Shown here piece after piece: positions 25,517 through 34,973 of a stretch of DNA of 64,000 bases. The DNA comes from Nitrososphaerota archaeon (GTDB lineage Archaea; Thermoproteota; Nitrososphaeria; Nitrososphaerales; Gagatemarchaeaceae). The translations under genes were made by a program, and so were the position numbers. Under the pieces are notes generated by a model. The model made no database searches. It had not been told where the DNA came from and worked only from the letters and a program-made list of their open reading frames with translations. Location of the stretch: the NCBI GenBank assembly GCA_027886905.1, contig JAPCJO010000001.1, forward strand, positions 2,030 through 66,029, written 5' to 3'. Position 1 is the first letter of the stretch, and each line of letters starts with the position of its first letter.

Positions 25517-26221
25517 GTGAATTCGCAATCGACCTCAATAGTCACCATATTCTCCGGAGTTTTTGGCCATTTTTTCCGTCCTCACGCCTATAAGCCTGGC
25601 TTGCGTGAAAACGAGCCGCCGGAGGCGTTTGCAGTGAAAATCGGCCGTTTCTCGACCTTTAGCCTCGTCCTGGTCTCCTTGTTCTGGCTGGGCGTCCTCC
25701 TCCTCCTGCGGTCCGCCCCGCGTCCATACTTCCTCTTCGGGGTGGGCTCCCTCGCCGACCTCTTCGGGTTCCTCGCGCTGGCGCTCATAGCGGCGACCGG
25801 CGTGCTGATGCTCTTCAAGGGGCGCCTCGCGGCGTGGATGGGGAGCCCAGAAAGGCTCTGGCGCCTGCACGTCCTGGTCGCGGGGGCGGGAGGGGTCTTC
25901 CTAGGGCTGCACGTCGTCCTCTTCCTCGCGTTCCCGCTCTCCCTCCCCGTCCTCCTGGGGTACGCCGCCACGGGGGCGGCGCTCTTCGTCTGGATCACCG
26001 GGGGGATCTACTTCCAGGGGGTCCGCAACTCGATGTTCTTCCACGGGCTCATCTCAATCGGCGCGATCTTCCTGATGGTCGTGCACACCTTCGGGGCGGG
26101 GAGGAACATCCCGGTCGAGCTCTCCGGCCTCAGCCTCGCGCTGACCGCGTTCGCGGTGCTCGCTGGCGTCAGCTGGAAGCTCGTGAAGGTCTGGAGGTCC
26201 GACGGGGCTTCCCGGCGCTGA
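25517..26221 (+). CDS. Di-heme cytochrome-b-like membrane protein (ferric-reductase/MsrQ-like TM domain)
   Basis: Two TM helices each carry His-x13-His (RLHVLVAGAGGVFLGLHVV and FFHGLISIGAIFLMVVHTF). Start uncertain: GTG at 25517, or GTG at 25634 which gives MKIGRFSTF. Confidence 0.6.
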   Translation: MNSQSTSIVTIFSGVFGHFFRPHAYKPGLRENEPPEAFAVKIGRFSTFSLVLVSLFWLGVLLLLRSAPRPYFLFGVGSLADLFGFLALALIAATGVLMLFKGRLAAWMGSPERLWRLHVLVAGAGGVFLGLHVVLFLAFPLSLPVLLGYAATGAALFVWITGGIYFQGVRNSMFFHGLISIGAIFLMVVHTFGAGRNIPVELSGLSLALTAFAVLAGVSWKLVKVWRSDGASRR

Positions 26222-26822
26222 GCCGGCGAGGCTTCGCCGGTGTGTCGAAGCGGAGCTCCATCTCCCAGGTCCTCTTCCACCCCAGCTGCGAGTAGACCTT
26301 CCTCCCGGTCTTCGATGCGTGGAGCACGATCTTGTAGTACCCGTGACTCTTCGCCCACCGCGTCGCCTCCTCCACGATCATCGATGCGAGGCCCTTCCTC
26401 CTGAACTCCGGGCGCGTGTACACCGAAAGGACGTAGGGCACCATCCCGTGGGGATGGCCTGGCGAAGGCTGCATCTCGCGGAGCCAGACGCCTCCGCTCG
26501 CCGCGGGCTTCCCGCCTCGGCTCTCGACGATGTAGACGCGAAGGAGCCGCCGTTTCATCATGTCCGTTGCCCAGATGCGGTAGGCTTCGTCGTGGACCCT
26601 GAGTTCCTCCTCAGTCGGGCTGGCCATCTCCTCGAACATCTTCCGCCTGTGCTGCACGAGGGTGTCCAGGTCCTTGGCGGTGGCTGTGCGAATCTTGAAG
26701 CCCGGCACAGGCGGGGTTTCTTGCTGGCGGCTTAGAACCTTCCCACGGCGACCAGGGGACTGGAAGGAAGCAAGGGAGTTGCGCGCGCGCCGCGGGGACG
26801 AGTCAGAAGAATCGGAGGTCAT
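26169..26822 (-). CDS. GNAT family N-acetyltransferase
   Basis: Acetyl-CoA motif A region VYTRPEFRRKGLASMIVEEATRWAKSHGY. The 3-prime end overlaps the convergent cytochrome-b-like gene by about 50 nt. Confidence 0.8.
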   Translation of the reverse strand: MTSDSSDSSPRRARNSLASFQSPGRRGKVLSRQQETPPVPGFKIRTATAKDLDTLVQHRRKMFEEMASPTEEELRVHDEAYRIWATDMMKRRLLRVYIVESRGGKPAASGGVWLREMQPSPGHPHGMVPYVLSVYTRPEFRRKGLASMIVEEATRWAKSHGYYKIVLHASKTGRKVYSQLGWKRTWEMELRFDTPAKPRRLSAGKPRRTSRPSRASS

Positions 26823-27015
26823 TCGGACAAATCCCTTAATGCAAGTTCGAGATGCGAGGAACTATGACTGCCAGCGATGACGGAGAGCGCGGAAGCGAAA
26901 CAATATTTGCTGGTTCGATGCTCATAACACCCATCAAGGCATTGACTCCCTCGGCCAGTCTTCGAGCTACGGCGGTGACACCATCGCGCTAAGGCAAGCA
27001 CCAACAAGCAACCGG

Positions 27016-29156
27016 TTGGCATCTGTAGGAGTGACGTCGCTGCTACTCATGGCCGGAATAGTGGGTGTGTCCATACTGCTGCCGCTAGAAAACGTGCACG
27101 CGACAACGCCTTCGGTGTCCCTGTGGACGATTGCAAACGGCGTGAAGACCCCCGCGACCTCGGGCACCGTCGGCTCGACCCTCGTCATCACCGGCACTGG
27201 GTTCGGCCCGCCAGGTCGATAGCCATCTTCTCTGCGTTCGGGAGCACGACGGTGCCATGGTTGAAACAAAAAAGCTGTGCAACCGCCGACGACGGCGTCG
27301 GCATCGTCAATAGCCTTGTTACCGAAGGATGTCTGACGACCACCGCGGCCGGTGACTTCCAGGTATCTATAGCAGTGCCAAAGCTGCCTGGTGGCCCTAA
27401 CATCATCGCGGTCTCTGATGGAACGGTCTCCGCTTCGGCAATCTTCACCATCGCACCGAGCGTCAGGGTGACCTTAGCCGGCGACAATTTCGGCTTCCCT
27501 GAAGAGCCGATCACTCCGTCGATTAAGGTTACGGGCTTCGGATCGGGCGAGTCCGTGACAATAACCACAACGATGTGGACGAAGACTTCCTTCAGCTGCG
27601 TAACCGGGTCGACCGTGAGGACACTGGGTTCCTGCACGACGAGTGCGGCAACCGCGGTCGCGGACGTTACCGGCGGGTGGAAGGCGATAAAGGCGACCGG
27701 CGCCACTTCGGGCCTCCATGCTACGACCGAGTACAAGGTCAACCCGTGGGTCGCGTTCTACAACTCGCTGACCGGAGGGGTCTCCTTCAGCTTCATAGGA
27801 ACCGCTCCCACTTCAATTGTGGTGGAGGCGCACGGCCTGACGGCAGGCAAGCTCGTGGCCAACAGCATCACCATCGCTGGCGTGTCGACAAACCATGCAG
27901 CAGTCACCATAGGCACTAACGGCGAGTTCCACACAGCCGGAGCCAAACTCGTGGTATCGCCGAGCTCGAATGTGCCGTTCGGCACCGCTAGCGTGGTCAT
28001 CAAGGGTGCGACATTCAACTACGCGAGCGGAAACATCGCGCTCGCCTCCGGGACTTGGGGCGGCGTCTTGATCTCATCGATCATCGGCGGCGCAACGACC
28101 ACGGGCGTCGCGGCAGTCAGTGCGACAAGCTTCATGCCCGGCTCAACCGCTGTGTCTCTCACGAGTCCAGCACCCCAGACTAGCCAGATGGGCTTCTTCG
28201 GCTACGGCTTCGTGCCGTCAGGATTGGGTGGAGGAGTTCTCACCATGCCGGTCCCGACCGGCGCGCAGTACTCGACGCCTCTATCGATCAAGGCCGGCAA
28301 CGGCGGAGTTGGTGGACCGAGCGGCGTTGGCAAGCCCGACGCTAACGGCGCGTTCTTCGCGACCGCAGTCTTGGGCGACACACCCTGGTCTTCGGCGTCC
28401 ACACCAATCGTAGAGGCAAGCTACGCACAGACAGTCTTTCAAGCAGCAACGGGCCCAGCAAACATCCTGAGCCCGTCGTTCAGCATCACAGCCTGGATCC
28501 AGAGCCCCACGCCGGCCACGGTCGACTACACGACGAGCACCGAGGCCGTGACGGCGCACGGCTTCGGCGGCACCGAAACGCTCACCCTGACGGTCGGCGG
28601 CTCTGCGATGGTCACCGGAGGCACTTGCACCACGTCGACTGCAGGCGCGTGCACCACGGCGGCGGGACAGGTCCCCGATATCGACGGAGGGAGCCAGACC
28701 GTCTCTGTCGCCGGGGCTGTCACGGGACTCCTCGTGTCGGGGTCGGTCACCTACGACCCAGTCGTCAACTTCGCGTCTGGGCAGACTCTCACCGTCGACA
28801 GTGGCGAAGCAGGCGTGATGACCACGATCAGGACCGGAGACGGATACGGTGTCCACGGCCTCATGGCCAACACCGCCTACGACGTCGTGTGGAACGCGAT
28901 CAGCGGCTCCACGATTGTGGGCACCTTCACATCGACTTCGACCGGGGGAATCCCTGGTCCTGGAGTGTCATTCGCAATACCGAGCGGCCCTAGCGGGATC
29001 CACATCCTCGACATCCAGACCACGTCCGGAGCAAGCGCTCTCTATGCGGGCCAAGTCTACGACCAGGTTGCCCCGACCGAGCCGCCATTCAACGGCACGT
29101 ACACGACGGCGTACGGCGACATGCTCTTCAACGAGGTCGCCGCGACACTTCCATGA
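27016..29156 (+). CDS. Large secreted Ig/IPT-repeat protein, interrupted by a frameshift near 27213
   Basis: Frame A (27016..27222) encodes a signal peptide and the start of an IPT-like domain (GSTLVITGTGFGPPGR*). Frame B continues sensibly (SIAIFSAFGSTTVPW...) to 29156, but its upstream part is Arg/His junk. Confidence 0.7.
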
Positions 29157-29309
29157 CCTCAATCCCTCCGAAACCGTCGCCGGAGGCTGAATGTCGACCT
29201 GAAACGCGACCTCAGCGTATTGGCCCGAGCCAACTCAGGGCCGACGACGCTAGAAGGCGTCCGGAGAGATTCGTGAGGCCCAGTGAGAAACGAAAGAAAA
29301 ACAGAGGAA

Positions 29310-29328
29310 GCCCCCCGAGGAGGGGGGC
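29310..29328. terminator. GC hairpin GCCCCCC-GAGGA-GGGGGGC between convergent genes, followed on the minus strand by a T-rich run
   Basis: Lies 18-36 nt after the stop of 29346..31787. An equivalent hairpin follows the paralog at 31968..31984. Confidence 0.4.
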
Positions 29329-29345
29329 GCTGGTTGGTTGCCTCG

Positions 29346-31787
29346 TTAGGAGGCGGGCTTCCTGCCTCTCATGGCAAGGTAGCCCGAGACGATGATGAAG
29401 ATCACGGCGACCGCCGCGACTCCATACAGTGCTGTGTTGTTGGACGACGACGTGACTGTTGTCGTCGAGACTGAGACCGAGGTTGAGACTGCGCCTGTGC
29501 TGATGACGGTCGTTGTAGATACGCTGGTCGATGGTGGCGTTGGCACGTTCGACAGTGTGAGGGCGAGTACGTCGCCAGGCGTGGTGCCCGGACACGTCGC
29601 CACGGCTTCTAGGTCGCACACCCCTACGTCCAAGAGGAGGTACTCCTGGCCGCTGACGGACGCGCCGACCGAGACGCCCTCGTCCATTGGTGCGCCGATG
29701 TAGTAGTCGCGGAGGACATTGCCGTTGCTCGCGTTGAGCATCAGGATGTCTCCCGATGACTCCGTCAGGTAGACGACGCCGCCACTCTCGACGGTCTTGC
29801 CGCGGTATCCCTCAATTGTGTTGGTGTGGTGCCACACTATCTGGCCAGTGGCTGCGTTGATGCCCCACGTGGTGGAATTGCTGTTGATGGTCCCGCACTG
29901 GGGGCACGGTTGGCCGAAGTTCATGCCCGGAGACGTGAAGTATGTGGATGCGTTCAGCCCAAGGTATCCTACGTAGGCCGGGATGATGTGTGATGTCGCG
30001 AAGATCATGTTGGTCGCTGGGTCGTATGCCTGCTCGCTCTCGAAGCCGGCGATTGCAGAAGGCCACGTGTAGATTGCGATTTGTGCGTTCGTGGGGCCTT
30101 CCGTGCAACTTAGGCTGAAGGTGGGTGCGCAAGAGGTCATGTCGCCTGGCCACTCGAAGGACATCTGAGACGCGTTGAGAGGGTTCCACATGTAGCAGAC
30201 GGGGCATCTGGCTGCACCTGGTGTCACGACCCCGCTAGGCGGGCTCCATGCCCAGATGAGGTTCCCGGTCACGGCGTTGATCTCGTAGAGGTAGCCGTTC
30301 TTGCACGTCTTGAGGATCACCTCGGTGTTGACTCCGCTGATGGTCTCGTTTGCCATGCCCCAGTACCAAGAGCAGTCATAGTCCCAGAGGTCGTGCGGGT
30401 TTGCCTGGAACCCCCAGATTATTCTGCCTGTGGTCATGTTCAGGGCTAGCGTGGATGCAGACCATAGGTCTGGTCCTGGGGTGCAGGGGCCCACGTACGG
30501 GTCCTTGTTGTTGGTGCCCAGGAAGACCATGCCGGCGGACTGTCCCGAGCCGACCACCCAAGCTCCACCCCATCCGGAGCCTGTCGAGCCCGTGGAGCCC
30601 CCGCCGTCGATGGCGAGGCACTGCGCGGACTGGTCAGACTGGCCCCAGTCGTTGTAGAGGGTGGCGTTCAGCTGCGTTGCTGACATGCCCTTCCAGTTCA
30701 CGACGATGTCGTTGTTGACGTTCATGAGGACGCCGCCAGCAACCTCCCACTTGGTGGTGTAGCCGTTGGCGGAGCCGTTCTGACTCGGGGCGAAGGTTGA
30801 CGCGGCAGACATGTTGGCGATTAGCTGCGTGTCGAAGTTGGGATTCAACGCTGCCGACGGGCTCCCTGGCTGTGGCGGTGTGTCGTAGGTGATCCACTTC
30901 AAGCTCGGTGGGTTGGTGTTGAGGTTCCATCCCACGAAGAAGCCCCGACCGTTGTCGGCGTCTGTCTCTGCGTCATGGCCCGAGACGAGGACTCCCAGGT
31001 TCTCGTTGATGACAATGTTGGACGGGCCGACGGCGTTGTAGATGCTCTGCGGGTTGTTGCCTGCCACCATGCTGAGGCCGGTGAAGTCGGAGAAGTTCAT
31101 CTCCTCCTTGCCCGTGATGGCATTGATAGCGTAGACCCTGTTGTTGTCCCCCTGGAACCAGTAGGTCGGGCCCGAGACGCCTGAGCCGAATGTTGCGGTC
31201 GTGAACCACTCGTTCCCGTCGTGGTGGTGGAGCATGATCGGGCCTGTGGCCTCACCGGCGGTCTGGTTGACCTGGTCCGGCGATGTGGAGGTCCAGAGGA
31301 TGTTGCCGCTCGCAACGTTGAAGGCGATGACCTCGTCGTAGTCTGTGGTACCGTAGGCGGTGCCGTTGACGATGAGTATTGACATTTGTACGCCAGCCCC
31401 CCCATTAAGTGCGGTTGCCGCCAAACTGCTAAGCGAAGTCGGCACGTTGGGCAGCGGGAAGATCCAGCTCAGTCCAAGGTATTGGACGTTGGAGCTGTTG
31501 ATCTGGTTCTGTGGGTTGGAGTCCTGGGCGAAGTTGCCGTTGGGGTACTCCCAGTTGGCCTCAGCCTGGGTCAGCGCTGGTGCAGCCGCGACGGGAGCCG
31601 CGGCCGAGGGCGCTGCCGGGTTGGGCGCGGCAGCAGCTGCTGCCGGGTTGATGAGCACGCCGGCGCCTATCCCTGAGAAGATGAAAAGGAGACTGATTGC
31701 GATTGCTCGAATCGATGTGTTACTCAATGTTTTCTTAATACTTTTCGTAAATTCGTTCGTCAAATCTTTCTGTAAAACCTTCGTCAT
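29346..31787 (-). CDS. Membrane-anchored extracytoplasmic PQQ-dehydrogenase-like beta-propeller protein (paralog 1)
   Basis: Signal peptide; N-terminal NWEYPNG...QINSSNVQYLGLSWIF (quinoprotein-like); HDLWDYD motif; many N-X-S/T sequons; C-terminal Ser/Thr-rich linker plus TM anchor (LYGVAAVAVIFIIVSGYLAMRGRKPAS). Confidence 0.8.
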   Translation of the reverse strand: MTKVLQKDLTNEFTKSIKKTLSNTSIRAIAISLLFIFSGIGAGVLINPAAAAAAPNPAAPSAAAPVAAAPALTQAEANWEYPNGNFAQDSNPQNQINSSNVQYLGLSWIFPLPNVPTSLSSLAATALNGGAGVQMSILIVNGTAYGTTDYDEVIAFNVASGNILWTSTSPDQVNQTAGEATGPIMLHHHDGNEWFTTATFGSGVSGPTYWFQGDNNRVYAINAITGKEEMNFSDFTGLSMVAGNNPQSIYNAVGPSNIVINENLGVLVSGHDAETDADNGRGFFVGWNLNTNPPSLKWITYDTPPQPGSPSAALNPNFDTQLIANMSAASTFAPSQNGSANGYTTKWEVAGGVLMNVNNDIVVNWKGMSATQLNATLYNDWGQSDQSAQCLAIDGGGSTGSTGSGWGGAWVVGSGQSAGMVFLGTNNKDPYVGPCTPGPDLWSASTLALNMTTGRIIWGFQANPHDLWDYDCSWYWGMANETISGVNTEVILKTCKNGYLYEINAVTGNLIWAWSPPSGVVTPGAARCPVCYMWNPLNASQMSFEWPGDMTSCAPTFSLSCTEGPTNAQIAIYTWPSAIAGFESEQAYDPATNMIFATSHIIPAYVGYLGLNASTYFTSPGMNFGQPCPQCGTINSNSTTWGINAATGQIVWHHTNTIEGYRGKTVESGGVVYLTESSGDILMLNASNGNVLRDYYIGAPMDEGVSVGASVSGQEYLLLDVGVCDLEAVATCPGTTPGDVLALTLSNVPTPPSTSVSTTTVISTGAVSTSVSVSTTTVTSSSNNTALYGVAAVAVIFIIVSGYLAMRGRKPAS

Positions 31788-31806
31788 GCGCCGATAATGT
31801 GGTGAT

Positions 31807-31827
31807 ATCACTATTTAGGGGTTCCCT
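31807..31827 (-). promoter_or_regulatory. Conserved promoter block with TATA-like CTAAATAG about 25-30 nt upstream of the ATG at 31787
   Basis: ATCACTATTTAGGGGTTCCCT (plus strand) is almost identical to 34489..34509, upstream of the paralog. Confidence 0.4.
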
Positions 31828-31967
31828 GGATTCCCCGTGGTAGTTTGCGGTTCTCGCGAAGGATCGGCGTCGTTCCGCTTTTTTCTCCTACAGGACCCAA
31901 TAGGCCTTCTGTATGATATGTTAGAACCCAGAAAGGCCTTGCGCGGAAAGGAAAGAAAATGAAGGAG

Positions 31968-31984
31968 GCCCCCTGCGAGGGGGC
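31968..31984. terminator. GC hairpin GCCCCC-TGCGA-GGGGGC downstream of paralog 2
   Basis: Same position and shape as the 29310..29328 hairpin, but with a different loop. Confidence 0.4.
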
Positions 31985-32003
31985 GCTGGTTTGGTTGCCT
32001 CCC

Positions 32004-34469
32004 CTAGGAGGCGGGCTTCCTGTTTCTGGTCATGGCAAGATAGCCCGACACGATGATGAAGATCACGGCTACTGCCGCGACTCCATAGAGTGTGGTGGAG
32101 TTGCTTGATGTCGATGTGGACACGGAGACCGATGTGACCGTAGCTGTGGCACCTGCGGCCGTGGACACTGAGGTGGTGGTGGAGACCGCCGTGGTCGTGC
32201 TGACTACCGTGGTGGTTGTTCCGCCCAACTGGGGGATGTTCAAGTTGAGGGCGATTATATCACCAGGCGTGGTACCTGGACACGTCGAGACGGCCTCCAG
32301 GCTGCACGTCCCGACAGCGAGGACGATGAACTCCTGGCCGCTGGTCGAGGCTCCTATCGAGACGCCGACCTCCATCGGCGCCCCCACGTAGTAGTCTCTG
32401 ACCAAAGTGCCCTTGGTTGCGTCAAGCATCAGGATGTCTCCCGATGACAGCGTCAGGTAGACGATGTTGCCGCTCACGTCGGTCTGGCCGCGGAATCCCT
32501 GATACGCCAATGGCCCCCCATTGTAGTGCCAGACTATCTGGCCGGTCGAGCCGTCGATGTCCCATACGCTGGCGTTGTTGGCGACGGAGCCGCAGGTCGG
32601 GCAGGGGATGGAGATGATGCCCGGCCCTCCGCCCTGCAAGTAGTTTGATGAGTTTGCCGGAACGTATGCCTGGTAGTATGGCACTACGTGCGACGTCGCG
32701 TATATCTGGTTGGTCGCCGGGTCGTATGCCTGCTCGTCCTCGAAGCCGGCTATTTCAGATGGCCACCACAGGGCAGGAGGCTGGAGGCCTGTCAGGCAGG
32801 CGGTCGTGAAGGTCGGCGCGCAGTTGACCAGCGCGTCCGGGAAGTCGGATATCATCTGCGTCTCGTTGAGCGGGTTCAACATGTAGCAGACGGGGCATCT
32901 GGCTGGACCTGGCGTGACCACGCCGCTAGGCGGGCTCCACGCCCAGATCAGGTTCCCGGTCACAGCGTTGTTCTCGTAGAGGTAGCCGTTCTTGCACGTC
33001 TTGAGGATGACCGGGGTGTTGACGCCGCCGATTGTCTCGTTGGCCAGGTTCTGGGACCACGAGCAGTCATAGTCCCAGTTGTCGTGGGCGTTTGCCTGGA
33101 AGCCCCAAATCAACTGGCCGGTCGTCATGTTGAGAGCCAACTCAGCCGCAGACCAGAGGTCGGGTCCCGGGGTGCAGGGGGTGCCATACGGGTCCTTGTT
33201 GTTGGTGTTGACGTAGACGATTCCTGCGGTCTGTCCCGAGCCGAGCAGCCACTGGCCGCCCCAGCCCGCATTCGTAGAGCCGGTCGAGCGGCCGCCGGTG
33301 ATGGCGAGGCACTGCGCGGACTGGTTGGCGTAACCCCAGTCGTTGTAGAGGGATGCGTTGAGCTGGGTCTGGGTCAGCGACTTCCAGTTAACGACGATGC
33401 TGTCGTTGGTGTTCATGAGGACGCCACCCGCGACCTCGGCAGGCGTGGTGTAGCCGTTGGCGCCACCCTTTCCTGGGAAGAAGGTCTCTGCCCCCGTCAT
33501 GTTGGCGATCATCTGCTGGTCGAAGTTCGGGTTCAGAGGCAGGTTGCTCCCTGGCTGGGGAGGAGTGTCTACTGTGGTCCACTTCAAGCTGGGCGGGTTG
33601 GTGTTGAGGTTCCACCCCGCGAAGAAACTCCTGCCAGTGTTGTCAGCTACGCCCGACCCCATGCTGCTGAGGAGGATTCCAAGCTGCGAGTCGATGACTA
33701 TGTTTGCGGTGGCACCTGGGTATACGGCCACCGGGTTGTTTCCTGCGACCATGTTGATGCCGGTGAAGTCGGTGAAGTTGAGCTCCTCCTTGCCGTTGAG
33801 CGCGTCGATTGCGTAGACCCTCTGGTTGCCGCCCTGGAACCAGAAGGTCGGTCCGCTCACGCCGCTCCCGAAGGTCGCGGTGGTGAACTCCTCGGTGCCA
33901 TCGTGGGCGTGGATACTGACAGGCCCTGCGCCCGGCAAACCTAACGTCTGGTTGACCGCGAGGGGAGTTGGGAAGATCCAGAGGACGTTGCCGTTGGCCA
34001 CGTTGAAGGCGATGACCTCGTCGAACTGCGTGATAGCGAAGGCCGTGCCGTTGACGATGAGTATTGACATGTCGACCCCGAGGCCCGGGAAAAAGGCTAC
34101 GAGCGGGTCCAGAGACGAAGGAAGCGTGGGCAGAGGGAAGAGCCAGCTAATCCCCAGATACTGGACGTTTGAGCTGTTGATCTGGTTCTGGGGGTTGTAG
34201 TCCTGGCCGAACGCGTTGCCGTTCGGGTATCCCCAGTTAGCCTCCGCCTGAGTCAGCGGGGTCGCTGCTGCAACGGGAGCAGCCGCCGAAGGAGCGGCCG
34301 AGTTGGGAGCGCCAGCGGCAGCGGCCGGGTTGATGAGGATCGACGCGCCTATGCCTGAGAAGATGAAAAGCAGGCTTAGTGCGATTCCTCGAATCGATTT
34401 GCTGCTTAATGTTTTCTTAACGCTTTTCGTGATTCCGTTCGTCACGTTCTTCCGTAAAACATTCGTCAT
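32004..34469 (-). CDS. Membrane-anchored extracytoplasmic PQQ-dehydrogenase-like beta-propeller protein (paralog 2)
   Basis: Collinear with paralog 1 along its whole length (HDNWDYD motif, the same signal peptide and the same C-terminal anchor). Confidence 0.8.
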   Translation of the reverse strand: MTNVLRKNVTNGITKSVKKTLSSKSIRGIALSLLFIFSGIGASILINPAAAAGAPNSAAPSAAAPVAAATPLTQAEANWGYPNGNAFGQDYNPQNQINSSNVQYLGISWLFPLPTLPSSLDPLVAFFPGLGVDMSILIVNGTAFAITQFDEVIAFNVANGNVLWIFPTPLAVNQTLGLPGAGPVSIHAHDGTEEFTTATFGSGVSGPTFWFQGGNQRVYAIDALNGKEELNFTDFTGINMVAGNNPVAVYPGATANIVIDSQLGILLSSMGSGVADNTGRSFFAGWNLNTNPPSLKWTTVDTPPQPGSNLPLNPNFDQQMIANMTGAETFFPGKGGANGYTTPAEVAGGVLMNTNDSIVVNWKSLTQTQLNASLYNDWGYANQSAQCLAITGGRSTGSTNAGWGGQWLLGSGQTAGIVYVNTNNKDPYGTPCTPGPDLWSAAELALNMTTGQLIWGFQANAHDNWDYDCSWSQNLANETIGGVNTPVILKTCKNGYLYENNAVTGNLIWAWSPPSGVVTPGPARCPVCYMLNPLNETQMISDFPDALVNCAPTFTTACLTGLQPPALWWPSEIAGFEDEQAYDPATNQIYATSHVVPYYQAYVPANSSNYLQGGGPGIISIPCPTCGSVANNASVWDIDGSTGQIVWHYNGGPLAYQGFRGQTDVSGNIVYLTLSSGDILMLDATKGTLVRDYYVGAPMEVGVSIGASTSGQEFIVLAVGTCSLEAVSTCPGTTPGDIIALNLNIPQLGGTTTTVVSTTTAVSTTTSVSTAAGATATVTSVSVSTSTSSNSTTLYGVAAVAVIFIIVSGYLAMTRNRKPAS

Positions 34470-34488
34470 GCGCCGATGATACGGTAAA

Positions 34489-34509
34489 ATCACTATTTAC
34501 GGGTTCCCT
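34489..34509 (-). promoter_or_regulatory. Conserved promoter block (TATA-like GTAAATAG) of paralog 2
   Basis: ATCACTATTTACGGGTTCCCT. See 31807..31827. Confidence 0.4.
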
Positions 34510-34757
34510 AAGCGCATCAAGAAGGCCGTATTCTTTCATGAGAACCCTAATCCGCCAAGCGGCGGAGCTGAGAGATGACCACACATCGGTAAGGGAGGCT
34601 GTGATTTTGACTCACGGGGAGATTTGAACCCATTCGGGGCTCTTCGTGTCGCGGGCGTTGACGGGCGCCGAGTGTCTGGGTGGTGGCAAGGACGAACGTC
34701 TCGACTTATCGAAATGGTAACCTTTATCAATTACTAATTGACCAATTTGCAATTGTA

Positions 34758-34973
34758 ATGGCCGCCACCACCATATCGGTCGGCATGAAGACGAAGGAAT
34801 TCCTCGCCAGGAAGAAGAAGACGATGGAGGAGCAACAAGGAGGCCAGCTGACTTGGGACCAGTTCTTCGACCGTTTGCTCACGGCGGCAAAACCTCCTCG
34901 ATTGTCCGAGGAAGAGGCGAAGGAACTGAAGAACCTGGTGGCGGAGGCGAGACCTTGGAAGACGCGTGCCTAG
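34758..34973 (+). CDS. vapB: VapB-type antitoxin (DUF217-like)
   Basis: MAATTISVGMKTKEFLARKKK...LTWDQFFDRLL follows the pattern of small archaeal antitoxins. It overlaps the downstream PIN gene. Confidence 0.6.
   Translation: MAATTISVGMKTKEFLARKKKTMEEQQGGQLTWDQFFDRLLTAAKPPRLSEEEAKELKNLVAEARPWKTRA

Noticed and set aside
32688-33944. 418-aa plus-strand ORF opposite PQQ-like paralog 2, and the similar shadow ORFs 30350..30718 and 31360..31797 opposite paralog 1
   Set aside because: It is antisense to a gene with strong homology and a conserved paralog. Its composition is Arg/Gly/Val-rich with no motifs.
34611-34639. tRNA-like T-loop signature (minus strand GGGTTCAAATCTCCCC)
   Set aside because: I could not fold a T-stem, acceptor stem or anticodon arm from the surrounding sequence. 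It is probably a chance match or a highly decayed fragment. tRNAscan-SE would settle it.
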